DNA of 64,000 bases from Eledone cirrhosa (taxonomy: Eukaryota), in assembly GCA_964016885.1 (NCBI GenBank), contig OZ024740.1:406100001-406164000 (forward strand), given 5' to 3'. Both the position numbers and the translations under genes were made by a program. The number at the start of each line of letters is the position of its first letter. Within the stretch, counting starts at the first letter, position 1. Under the pieces are notes generated by a model. It saw only the letters and a program-made list of their open reading frames with translations, ran no database searches and was not told where the DNA came from. Shown here piece after piece: positions 1 through 12,105 of this stretch.

Positions 1-3000
1 GGTGGTAGAGTTGGTCTTTAATGGTGGTAGAGTTGGTGTTAATGGTGGTAGAGTTGGTGTTAGAGTTTGTGTTAATGGTGGTAGAGTTGGTGTTAGAGTT
101 GGTGTTAATGGTGGTAGAGTTGGTGTTAATGGTGTTAGAGTTGGTGTTAGAGTTTGTGTTAATGGTGTTAGAGTTGGTGTTAATGGTGGTAGAGTTGGTC
201 TTTAATGGTGGTAGAGTTGGTGTTAATGGTGGTAGAGTTGGTGTTAGAGTTTGTGTTAATGGTGGTAGAGTTGGTGTTAGAGTTGGTGTTAATGGTGGTA
301 GAGTTGGTGTTAATGGTGTTAGAGTTGGTGTTAGAGTTTGTGTTAATGGTGTTAGAGTTGGTGTTAATGGTGGTAGAGTTGGTCTTTAATGGTGGTAGAG
401 TTGGTATTAATGGTGGTAGAGTTGGTGTTAATGGTGGTAGAGTTGGTGCTAATGGTGTTAGAGTTGGTCTTTAATGGTGGTAGAGCTGGTGTTAATGGTG
501 GTAGAGTTGGTGTTAATGGTGGTAGAGTTGGTGTTAATGGTGTTAGAGTTGGTGTTAATGGTGGTAGAGTTGGTGTTAATGGTGGTAGAGTTGGTGTTAA
601 TGGTGGTAGAGTTGGTGTTAATGGTGGAAGAGTTGGTGTTAATTGTGTTAGAGTTGGTGTTAATGGTGTTAGAGTTGGTGTTAATGCTGGTAGAGTTGGT
701 GTTAATATTGGTAGAGTTGGTGTTAATGGTGGTAGAGTTGGTGTTAATGGTGGTAGTGTTGGTGTTAATGGTGGTAGAGTTGGTCTTTAAGGGTGGTAGA
801 GCCGGTGTTAATGGTGGTAGAGTTGCTGTTAATGGTGTTAGAGTTGGTGTTAATGGTGTTAGAGTTGGCGGAGTTGGTGTTAATGGTGGTAGAGTTGGTG
901 TTAATGGTGGTAGAGTTGGTTTTAATGGTGTTAAAGTTGGTCTTTAATGGTGGTAGAGTTGGTGTTAATGGTGTTAATGGTGTTAGAGTTGGTGTTAATG
1001 GTGGTAGAGTTGGTGTTAATGGTGGTAGAGTTGGTTTTAATGGTGTTAGAGTTGGTCTTTATTGGTGGTAGAGTTGGTGTTAATGATGTTAGAGTTGGTG
1101 TAAATGGTGGTAGAGTTGGTGTTAATGGTGGTAGTGTTGGTGTTAATGGTGGTAGAGTTGGTGTTAATGGTGGTAGTGTTGGTGTTAATGGTGGTAGAGT
1201 TGGTCTTTAAGGGTGGTAGAGCTGGTGTTAATGGTGGTAGAGTTGCTGTTAATGGTGTTAGAGTTGGTGTTAATGGTGTTAGAGTTGGCGGAGTTGGTGT
1301 TAATGGTGGTAGAGTTGGTGTTAATGGTGGTAGAGTTGGTGTTAATGGTGTTAGAGTTGTTCTTTAATGGTGGTAGAGTTGGTCTTTAAGGGTGGTAGAG
1401 TTGGTGTTAATGGTGGTAGAGTTGCTGTTAATGGTGGTAGAGTTTGTCTTTAAGGGTGGCAGAGTTGGTGTTAATGGTGGTAGAGTTGCTGTTAATGGTG
1501 GTAGAGTTGGTCTTTAAGGGTGGTAGAGTTGGTGTAAATGGTTTTAGAGTTGGTGTTAATGGTGTTAGAGTTGGTGTTAATGGTCTTAGAGTTGGTGTTA
1601 ATGGTGGTGGAGTTGGTGTTAATGGTGGTAGAGTTGGTGTTAATGGTGGTAGAGTTGGTGTTAATGGCGGAAGAGTTGGTGTTTATGGTGTTAGAGTTGG
1701 TGTTAATGGTGTTAGAGTTGGTGTGAATGGTGGTAGAGTTGGTCTTTAATGGTGGTAGAGTTGGTGTTAATGGTGTTAGAGTTGGTGTTAGAGTTTGTGT
1801 TAATGGTGGTAGAGTTGGTGTTAATGGTGTTAGAGTTTGTGTTAATGGTGTTAGAGTTGGTGTTAATGGTGGTAGAGTTGGTCTTTAATGGTGGTAGAGT
1901 TGGTATTAATGGTGGTAGAGTTGGTGTTAATGGTGGTAGAGTTGGTGCTAATGGTGTTAGAGTTGGTCTTTAATGGTGGTCGAGCTGGTGTTAATGGTGG
2001 TAGAGTTGGTGTTAATGGTGGTAGAGTTGGTGTTAATGGTGTTAATGGTGGTAGAGTTGGTGTTAATGGTGGTAGAGTTGGTGTTAATGGTGGTAGAGTT
2101 GGTGTTAATGGTGGTAGAGTTGGTGTTAATGGTGGAAGAGTTGGTGTTAATTGTGTTAGAGTTGGTGTTAATGGTGTTAAAGTTGGTCTTTAATGGTGGT
2201 AGAGTTGGTGTTAATGGTGTTAATGGTGTTAGAGTTGGTGTTAATGGTGGTAGAGTTGGTGTTAATGGTGGTAGAGTTGGTTTTAATGGTGTTAGAGTTG
2301 GTCTTTATTGGTGGTAGAGTTGGTGTTAATGATGTTAGGGTTGGTGTTAATGGTGGTAGAGTTGGTGTTAATGGTGTTAGAGTTGGTCTTTAATGGTGGT
2401 AGAGTTGGTCTTTAAGGGTGGTAGAGCTGGTGTTAATGGTGGTAGAGTTGCTGTTAATGGTGGTAGAGTTGGTCTTTAAGGGTGGCAGAGTTGGTGTTAA
2501 TGGTGGTAGAGTTGCTGTTAATGGTGGTAGAGTTGGTCTTTAAGGGTGGTAGAGTTGGTGTTAATGGTGGTAGAGTTGGTGTTAATGGTGGTAGAGTTGG
2601 TCTTTAAGGGTGGTAGAGTTGGTATTAATGGTGGTAGAGTTGGTGTTAATGGTGTTAGAGTTGGTGTTAATGGTGGTGGAGTTGGTGTTAATGGTGGTAG
2701 AGTTGGTGTTAATGGTGGTAGAGTTGGTGTTAATGGCGGTAGAGTTGGTGTTAGAGTTTGTGTTAATGGTGGTAGAGTTGGTGTTAGAGTTGGTGTTAAT
2801 GGTGGTAGAGTTGGTGTTTATGGTGTTAGAGTTGGTGTTAATGGTGTTAGAGTTGGTGTTAATGGTGGTAGAGTTGGTCTTTAATGGTGGTAGAGTTGGT
2901 GTTAATGGTGGTAGAGTTGGTGTTAGAGTTTGTGTTAATGGTGGTAGAGTTGGTGTTAGAGTTGGTGTTAATGGTGGTAGAGTTGGTGTTAATGGTGTTA

Positions 3001-6000
3001 ATGGTGGTAGAGTTGGTGTTAATGGTGGTAGAGTTGGTGTTAATGGTGGTAGAGTTGGTGTTAATGGTGGTAGAGTTGGTGTTAATGGTGGAAGAGTTGG
3101 TGTTAATTGTGTTAGAGTTGGTGTTAATGGTGTTAAAGTTGGTCTTTAATGGTGGTAGAGTTGGTGTTAATGGTGTTAATGGTGTTAGAGTTGGTGTTAA
3201 TGGTGGTAGAGTTGGTTTTAATGGTGTTAGAGTTGGTCTTTATTGGTGGTAGAGTTGGTGTTAATGATGTTAGAGTTGGTGTTAATGGTGGTAGAGTTGG
3301 TGTTAATGGTGTTAGAATTGGTGTTAATGGTGTTAGAGTTGGTGTTAATGGTGGTAGAGTTGGTGTTAATGGTGGTAGAGTTGGTTTTAATGGTGTTAGA
3401 GTTGGTCTTTATTGGTGGTAGAGTTGGTGTTAATGATGTTAGAGTTGGTGTTAATGGTGGTAGAGTTGGTGTTAATGGTGTTAGAGTTGGTCTTTAATGG
3501 TGGTAGAGTTGGTCTTTAAGGGTGGTAGAGTTGGTGTTAATGGTGGTAGAGTTGCTGTTAATGGTGGTAGAGTTGGTCTTTAAGAGTGGTAGAGTTGGTG
3601 TTAATGGTGGTAGAGTTGGTGTTTATGGTGTTAGAGTTGGTGTTAATGGTGTTAGAGTTGGTGTTAATGGTGGTAGAGTTGGTCTTTAATGGTGGTAGAG
3701 TTGGTGTTAATGGTGGTAGAGTTGGTGTTAATGGTGTTAGAGCTGGTGTTAGAGTTTGTGTTAATGGTGTTAGAGTTGGTGTTAATGGTGGTAGAGTTGG
3801 TCTTTAATGGTGATAGAGTTGGTGTTAATGGTGGTAGAGTTGGTGTTAGAGTTTGTGTTAATGGTGGTAGAGTTGGTGTTAGAGTTGGTGTTAATGGTGG
3901 TAGAGTTGGTGTTAATGGTGTTAGAGTTGGTGTTAGAGTTTGTGTTAATGGTGTTAGAGTTGGTGTTAATGGTGGTAGAGTTGGTCTTTAATGGTGGTAG
4001 AGTTGGTATTAATGGTGGTAGAGTTGGTGTTAATGGTGTTAGAGTTGGTCTTTAATGGTGGTAGAGCTGGTGTTAATGGTGGTAGAGTTGGTGTTAATGG
4101 TGGTAGAGTTGGTGTTAATGGTGTTAGAGTTGGTGTTAATGGTGGTAGAGTTGGTGTTAATGGTGGTAGAGTTGATGTTAATGGTGGTAGAGTTGGTGTT
4201 AATGGTGGTAGAGTTGGTGTTAATGGTGGAAGAGTTGGTGTTAATTGTGTTAGAGTTGGTGTTAATGGTGTTAGAGTTGGTGTTAATGCTGGTAGAGTTG
4301 GTGTTAATATTGGTAGAGTTGGTGTTAATGGTGGTAGAGTTGGTGTTAATGGTGGTAGTGTTGGTGTTAATGGTGGTAGAGTTGGTCTTTAAGGGTGGTA
4401 GAGCCGGTGTTAATGGTGGTAGAGTTGCTGTTAATGGTGTTAGAGTTGGTGTTAATGGTGTTAGAGTTGGCGGAGTTGGTGTTAATGGTGGTAGAGTTGG
4501 TGTTAATGGTGGTAGAGTTGGTTTTAATGGTGTTAAAGTTGGTCTTTAATGGTGGTAGAGTTGGTGTTAATGGTGTTAATGGTGTTAGAGTTGGTGTTAA
4601 TGGTGGTAGAGTTGGTGTTAATGGTGGTAGAGTTGGTTTTAATGGTGTTAGAGTTGGTCTTTATTGGTGGTAGAGTTGGTGTTAATGATGTTAGAGTTGG
4701 TGTTAATGGTGGTAGAGTTGGTGTTAATGGTGGTAGTGTTGGTGTTAATGGTGGTAGAGTTGGTGTTAATGGTGGTAGTGTTGGTGTTAATGGTGGTAGA
4801 GTTGGTCTTTAAGGGTGGTAGAGCTGGTGTTAATGGTGGTAGAGTTGCTGTTAATGGTGTTAGAGTTGGTGTTAATGGTGTTAGAGTTGGCGGAGTTGGT
4901 GTTAATGGTGGTAGAGTTGGTGTTAATGGTGGTAGAGTTGGTGTTAATGGTGTTAGAGTTGGTCTTTAATGGTGGTAGAGTTGGTCTTTAAGGGTGGTAG
5001 AGTTGGTGTTAATGGTGGTAGAGTTGCTGTTAATGGTGGTAGAGTTGGTCTTTAAGGGTGGCAGAGTTGGTGTTAATGGTGGTAGAGTTGCTGTTAATGG
5101 TGGTAGAGTTGGTCTTTAAGGGTGGTAGAGTTGGTGTAAATGGTGTTAGAGTTGGTGTTAATGGTGTTAGAGTTGGTGTTAAAGGTCTTAGAGTTGGTGT
5201 TAATGGTGGTGGAGTTGGTGTTAATGGTGGTAGAGTTGGTGTTAATGGTGGTAGAGTTGGTGTTAATGGCGGAAGAGTTGGTGTTTATGGTGTTAGAGTT
5301 GGTGTTAATGGTGTTAGAGTTGGTGTGAATGGTGGTAGAGTTGGTCTTTAATGGTGGTAGAGTTGGTGTTAATGGTGTTAGAGTTGGTGTTAGAGTTTGT
5401 GTTAATGGTGGTAGAGTTGGTGTTAGAGTTGGTGTTAATGGTGGTAGAGTTGGTGTTAATGGTGTTAGAGTTTGTGTTAATGGTGTTAGAGTTGGTGTTA
5501 ATGGTGGTAGAGTTGGTCTTTAATGGTGGTAGAGTTGGTATTAATGGTGGTAGAGTTGGTGTTAATGGTGGTAGAGTTGGTGCTAATGGTGTTAGAGTTG
5601 GTCTTTAATGGTGGTAGAGCTGGTGTTAATGGTGGTAGAGTTGGTGTTAATGGTGGTAGAGTTGGTGTTAATGGTGTTAATGGTGGTAGAGTTGGTGTTA
5701 ATGGTGGTAGAGTTGGTGTTAATGGTGGTAGAGTTGGTGTTAATGGTGGTAGAGTTGGTGTTAATGGTGGAAGAGTTGGTGTTAATTGTGTTAGAGTTGG
5801 TGTTAATGGTGTTAAAGTTGGTCTTTAATGGTGGTAGAGTTGGTGTTAATGGTGGTAGAGTTGGTGTTAATGGTGGTAGAGTTGGTTTTAATGGTGTTAG
5901 AGTTGGTCTTTATTGGTGGTAGAGTTGGTGTTAATGATGTTAGAGTTGGTGTTAATGGTGGTAGAGTTGGTGTTAATGGTGTTAGAGTTGGTCTTTAATG

Positions 6001-9000
6001 GTGGTAGAGTTGGTCTTTAAGGGTGGTAGAGCTGGTGTTAATGGTGGTAGAGTTGCTGTTAATGGTGGTAGAGTTGGTCTTTAAGGGTGGCAGAGTTGGT
6101 GTTAATGGTGGTAGAGTTGCTGTTAATGGTGGTAGAGTTGTTCTTTAAGGGTGGTAGAGTTGGTGTTAATGGTGGTAGAGTTGGTGTTAATGGTGGTAGA
6201 GTTGGTCTTTAAGGGTGGTAGAGTTGGTATTAATGGTGGTAGAGTTGGTGTTAATGGTGTTAGAGTTGGTGTTAATGGTGGTGGAGTTGGTGTTAATGGT
6301 GGTAGAGTTGGTGTTAATGGTGGTAGAGTTGGTGTTAATGGCGGTAGAGTTGGTGTTAGAGTTTGTGTTAATGGTGGTAGAGTTGGTGTTAGAGTTGGTG
6401 TTAATGGTGGTAGAGTTGGTGTTTATGGTGTTAGAGTTGGTGTTAATGGTGTTAGAGTTGGTGTTAATGGTGGTAGAGTTGGTCTTTAATGGTGGTAGAG
6501 TTGGTGTTAATGGTGGTAGAGTTGGTGTTAATGGTGGTAGAGTTGGTGTTAGAGTTGGTGTTAATGGTGGTAGAGTTGGTGTTAATGGTGTTAGAGTTTG
6601 TGTTAATGGTGTTAGAGTTGGTGTTAATGGTGGTAGAGTTGGTGTTAATGGTGTTAATGGTGGTAGAGTTGGTGTTAATGGTGGTAGAGTTGGTGTTAAT
6701 GGTGGTAGAGTTGGTGTTAATGGTGGTAGAGTTGGTGTTAATGGTGGAAGAGTTGGTGTTAATTGTGTTAGAGTTGGTGTTAATGGTGTTAAAGTTGGTC
6801 TTTAATGGTGGTAGAGTTGGTGTTAATGGTGTTAATGGTGTTAGAGTTGGTGTTAATGGTGGTAGAGTTGGTTTTAATGGTGTTAGAGTTGGTCTTTATT
6901 GGTGGTAGAGTTGGTGTTAATGATGTTAGAGTTGGTGTTAATGGTGGTAGAGTTGGTGTTAATGGTGTTAGAATTGGTGTTAATGGTGTTAGAGTTGGTG
7001 TTAATGGTGGTAGAGTTGGTGTTAATGGTGGTAGAGTTGGTTTTAATGGTGTTAGAGTTGGTCTTTATTGGTGGTAGAGTTGGTGTTAATGATGTTAGAG
7101 TTGGTGTTAATGGTGGTAGAGTTGGTGTTAATGGTGTTAGAGTTGGTCTTTAATGGTGGTAGAGTTGGTCTTTAAGGGTGGTAGAGTTGGTGTTAATGGT
7201 GGTAGAGTTGCTGTTAATGGTGGTAGAGTTGGTCTTTAAGGGTGGCAGAGTTGGTGTTAATGGTGGTAGAGTTGCTGTTAATGGTGGTAGAGTTGGTCTT
7301 TAAGGGTGGTAGAGTTGGTGTTAATGGTGGTAGAGTTGGTGTTTATGGTGTTAGAGTTGGTGTTAATGGTGTTAGAGTTGGTGTTAATGGTGGTAGAGTT
7401 GGTCTTTAATGGTGGTAGAGTTGGTGTTAATGGTGGTAGAGTTGGTGTTAGAGTTTGTGTTAATGGTGGTAGAGTTGGTGTTAATGGTGTTAGAGTTGGT
7501 GTTAGAGTTTGTGTTAATGGTGTTAGAGTTGGTGTTAATGGTGGTAGAGTTGGTCTTTAATGGTGATAGAGTTGGTGTTAATGGTGGTAGAGTTGGTGAT
7601 AGAGTTTGTGTTAATGGTGGTAGAGTTGGTGTTAGAGTTGGTGTTAATGGTGGTAGAGTTGGTGTTAATGGTGTTAGAGTTGGTGTTAGAGTTTGTGTTA
7701 ATGGTGTTAGAGTTGGTGTTAATGGTGGTAGAGTTGGTCTTTAATGGTGGTAGAGTTGGTATTAATGGTGGTAGAGTTGGTGTTAATGGTGGTAGAGTTG
7801 GTGCTAATGGTGTTAGAGTTGGTCTTTAATGGTGGTAGAGCTGGTGTTAATGGTGGTAGAGTTGGTGTTAATGGTGGTAGAGTTGGTGTTAATGGTGTTA
7901 GAGTTGGTGTTAATGGTGGTAGAGTTGGTGTTAATGGTGGTAGAGTTGATGTTAATGGTGGTAGAGTTGGTGTTAATGGTGGTAGAGTTGGTGTTAATGG
8001 TGGAAGAGTTGGTGTTAATTGTGTTAGAGTTGGTGTTAATGGTGTTAGAGTTGGTGTTAATGCTGGTAGAGTTGGTGTTAATATTGGTAGAGTTGGTGTT
8101 AATGGTGGTAGAGTTGGTGTTAATGGTGGTAGTGTTGGTGTTAATGGTGGTAGAGTTGGTCTTTAAGGGTGGTAGAGCCGGTGTTAATGGTGGTAGAGTT
8201 GCTGTTAATGGTGTTAGAGTTGGTGTTAATGGTGTTAGAGTTGGCGGAGTTGGTGTTAATGGTGGTAGAGTTGGTGTTAATGGTGGTAGAGTTGGTTTTA
8301 ATGGTGTTAAAGTTGGTCTTTAATGGTGGTAGAGTTGGTGTTAATGGTGTTAATGGTGTTAGAGTTGGTGTTAATGGTGGTAGAGTTGGTGTTAATGGTG
8401 GTAGAGTTGGTTTTAATGGTGTTAGAGTTGGTCTTTATTGGTGGTAGAGTTGGTGTTAATGATGTTAGAGTTGGTGTTAATGGTGGTAGAGTTGGTGTTA
8501 ATGGTGGTAGTGTTGGTGTTAATGGTGGTAGAGTTGGTGTTAATGGTGGTAGTGTTGGTGTTAATGGTGGTAGCGTTGGTCTTTAAGGGTGGTAGAGCTG
8601 GTGTTAATGGTGGTAGAGTTGCTGTTAATGGTGTTAGAGTTGGTGTTAATGGTGTTAGAGTTGGCGGAGTTGGTGTTAATGGTGGTAGAGTTGGTGTTAA
8701 TGGTGGTAGAGTTGGTGTTAATGGTGTTAGAGTTGGTCTTTAATGGTGGTAGAGTTGGTCTTTAAGGGTGGTAGAGTTGGTGTTAATGGTGGTAGAGTTG
8801 CTGTTAATGGTGGTAGAGTTGGTCTTTAAGGGTGGCAGAGTTGGTGTTAATGGTGGTAGAGTTGCTGTTAATGGTGGTAGAGTTGGTCTTTAAGGGTGGT
8901 AGAGTTGGTGTAAATGGTGTTAGAGTTGGTGTTAATGGTGTTAGAGTTGGTGTTAAAGGTCTTAGAGTTGGTGTTAATGGTGGTGGAGTTGGTGTTAATG

Positions 9001-12000
9001 GTGGTAGAGTTGGTGTTAATGGTGGTAGAGTTGGTGTTAATGGCGGAAGAGTTGGTGTTTATGGTGTTAGAGTTGGTGTTAATGGTGTTAGAGTTGGTGT
9101 GAATGGTGGTAGAGTTGGTCTTTAATGGTGGTAGAGTTGGTGTTAATGGTGTTAGAGTTGGTGTTAGAGTTTGTGTTAATGGTGGTAGAGTTGGTGTTAG
9201 AGTTGGTGTTAATGGTGGTAGAGTTGGTGTTAATGGTGTTAGAGTTTGTGTTAATGGTGTTAGAGTTGGTGTTAATGGTGGTAGAGTTGGTCTTTAATGG
9301 TGGTAGAGTTGGTATTAATGGTGGTAGAGTTGGTGTTAATGGTGGTAGAGTTGGTGCTAATGGTGTTAGAGTTGGTCTTTAATGGTGGTAGAGCTGGTGT
9401 TAATGGTGGTAGAGTTGGTGTTAATGGTGGTAGAGTTGGTGTTAATGGTGTTAATGGTGGTAGAGTTGGTGTTAATGGTGGTAGAGTTGGTGTTAATGGT
9501 GGTAGAGTTGGTGTTAATGGTGGTAGAGTTGGTGTTAATGGTGGAAGAGTTGGTGTTAATTGTGTTAGAGTTGGTGTTAATGGTGTTAAAGTTGGTCTTT
9601 AATGGTGGTAGAGTTGGTGTTAATGGTGTTAATGGTGTTAGAGTTGGTGTTAATGGTGGTAGAGTTGGTGTTAATGGTGGTAGAGTTGGTTTTAATGGTG
9701 TTAGAGTTGGTCTTTATTGGTGGTAGAGTTGGTGTTAATGATGTTAGAGTTGGTGTTAATGGTGGTAGAGTTGGTGTTAATGGTGTTAGAGTTGGTCTTT
9801 AATGGTGGTAGAGTTGGTCTTTAAGGGTGGTAGAGTTGGTCTTTAAGGGTGGTAGAGTTGGTGTTAATGGTGGTAGAGTTGCTGTTAATGGTGGTAGAGT
9901 TGGTCTTTAAGGGTGGCAGAGTTGGTGTTAATGGTGGTAGAGTTGCTGTTAATGGTGGTAGAGTTGGTCTTTAAGGGTGGTAGAGTTGGTGTTAATGGTG
10001 GTAGAGTTGGTGTTAATGGTGGTAGAGTTGGTCTTTAAGGGTGGTAGAGTTGGTATTAATGATGGTAGAGTTGGTGTTAATGGTGTTAGAGTTGGTGTTA
10101 ATGGTGGTGGAGTTGGTGTTAATGGTGGTAGAGTTGGTGTTAATGGTGGTAGAGTTGGTGTTAATGGCGGTAGAGTTGGTGTTAGAGTTTGTGTTAATGG
10201 TGGTAGAGTTGGTGTTAGAGTTGGTGTTAATGGTGGTAGAGTTGGTGTTTATGGTGTTAGAGTTGGTGTTAATGGTGTTAGAGTTGGTGTTAATGGTGGT
10301 AGAGTTGGTCTTTAATGGTGGTAGAGTTGGTGTTAATGGTGGTAGAGTTGGTGTTAGAGTTTGTGTTAATGGTGGTAGAGTTGGTGTTAGAGTTGGTGTT
10401 AATGGTGGTAGAGTTGGTGTTAATGGTGTTAGAGTTTGTGTTAATGGTGTTAGAGTTGGTGTTAATGGTGGTAGAGTTGGTCTTTAATGGTGGTAGAGTT
10501 GGTGTTAATGGTGGTAGAGTTGGTGCTAATGGTGTTAGAGTTGGTCTTTAATGGTGGTAGAGCTGGTGTTAATGGTGGTAGAGTTGGTGTTAATGGTGGT
10601 AGAGTTGGTGTTAATGGTGGTAGAGTTGGTGTTAATGGTGGTAGAGTTGGTGTTAATGGTGGAAGAGTTGGTGTTAATTGTGTTAGAGTTGGTGTTAATG
10701 GTGTTAGAGTTGGTGTTAATGCTGGTAGAGTTGGTGTTAATATTGGTAGAGTTGGTGTTAATGGTGGTAGAGTTGGTGTTAATGGTGGTAGAGTTGGTTT
10801 TAATGGTGTTAAAGTTGGTCTTTAATGGTGGTAGAGTTGGTGTTAATGGTGTTAATGGTGTTAGAGTTGCTGTTAATGGTGGTAGAGTTGGTTTTAATGG
10901 TGTTAGAGTTGGTCTTTATTGGTGGTAGAGTTGGTGTTAATGATGTTAGAGTTGGTGTTAATGGTGGTAGAGTTGGTGTTAATGGTGTTATAATTGGTGT
11001 TAATGGTGTTAGAGTTGGTGTTAATGGTGGTAGAGTTGGTGTTAATGGTGGTAGAGTTGGTTTTAATGGTGTTAGAGTTGGTCTTTATTGGTGGTAGAGT
11101 TGGTGTTAATGATGTTAGAGTTGGTGTTAATGGTGGTAGAGTTGGTGTTAATGGTGGTAGTGTTGGTGTTAATGGTGGTAGAGTCGGTGTTAATTGTGGT
11201 AGTGTTGGTGTTAATGGTGGTAGAGTTGGTCTTTAAGGGTGGTAGAGCTGGTGTTAATGGTGGTAGAGTTGCTGTTAATGGTGTTAGAGTTGGTGTTAAT
11301 GGTGTTAGAGTTGGCGGAGTTGGTGTTAATGGTGGTAGAGTTGGTGTTAATGGTGGTAGAGTTGGTGTTAATGGTGGTAGTGTTGGTGTTAATGGTGGTA
11401 GAGTTGGTCTTTAAGGGTGGTAGAGTTGGTGTTAATGGTGGTAGAGTTGCTGTTAATGGTGGTAGAGTTGGTCTTTAAGGGTGGTAGAGTTGGTGTTAAT
11501 GGTGGTAGAGTTGCTGTTAATGGTGTTAGAGTTGGTCTTTAATGGTGGCAGAGTTGCTGTTAATTGTGGTAGAGTTGGTGTTAATGGTGGTAAGTTGGTG
11601 TTAATGGTGTTAGAGTTGGTGTTAATGGTGGTAGTGTTGGTGTTAATGTTGGAAGAGTTGGTGTTAATGATGTTAGAGTTGGTGTTAATGGTGGTAGAGT
11701 TGGTGTTAATGGTGGTAGAGTTGGAGTTAATGGTGTTAGAGTCGGTGTTAATGGTGTTAGAGTTGGTGTTAATGGTGTTAGAGTTGGTGTTAATGGTGTT
11801 AGAGTTGGTGTTAATGGTGGTGGAGTTGGTGTTAATGGTGGTAGAGTTGGTGTTAATGGTGGTAGAGTGGGTATTAATGGTGTTAGAGTTGGTGTTAATG
11901 GTGGTAGAGTTGGTGTTAATGGTGGTAGAGTTGGTGTTAATGGTGGTAGAGTTGGTGTTAATGGTGGTAGAGTTGCTCTTTAATGGTGGTAGAGTTGGTG

Positions 12001-12105
12001 TTAATGGTGGTAGAGTTGGTGTTAATGGTGGTAGAGTTGGTCTTTAAGGGTGGTAGAGTTGGTGTTAATGGTGGTAGAGTTGGTGTTAATGGTGGTAGAG
12101 TTGGT
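1..12105 (+). repeat. Copy A of a ~12.1-kb near-identical block within the satellite
   Basis: Shares rare variants in the same order with 24327-36548: TTGTTCTTTAA ~1357/25704, CGAGCT 1981/26361, GTTAGGG 2334/26714, TAAGAGTGG 3581/28024, AGCGTTGG 8572/33024, GTTATAATTGG 10987/35430. Confidence 0.95.
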
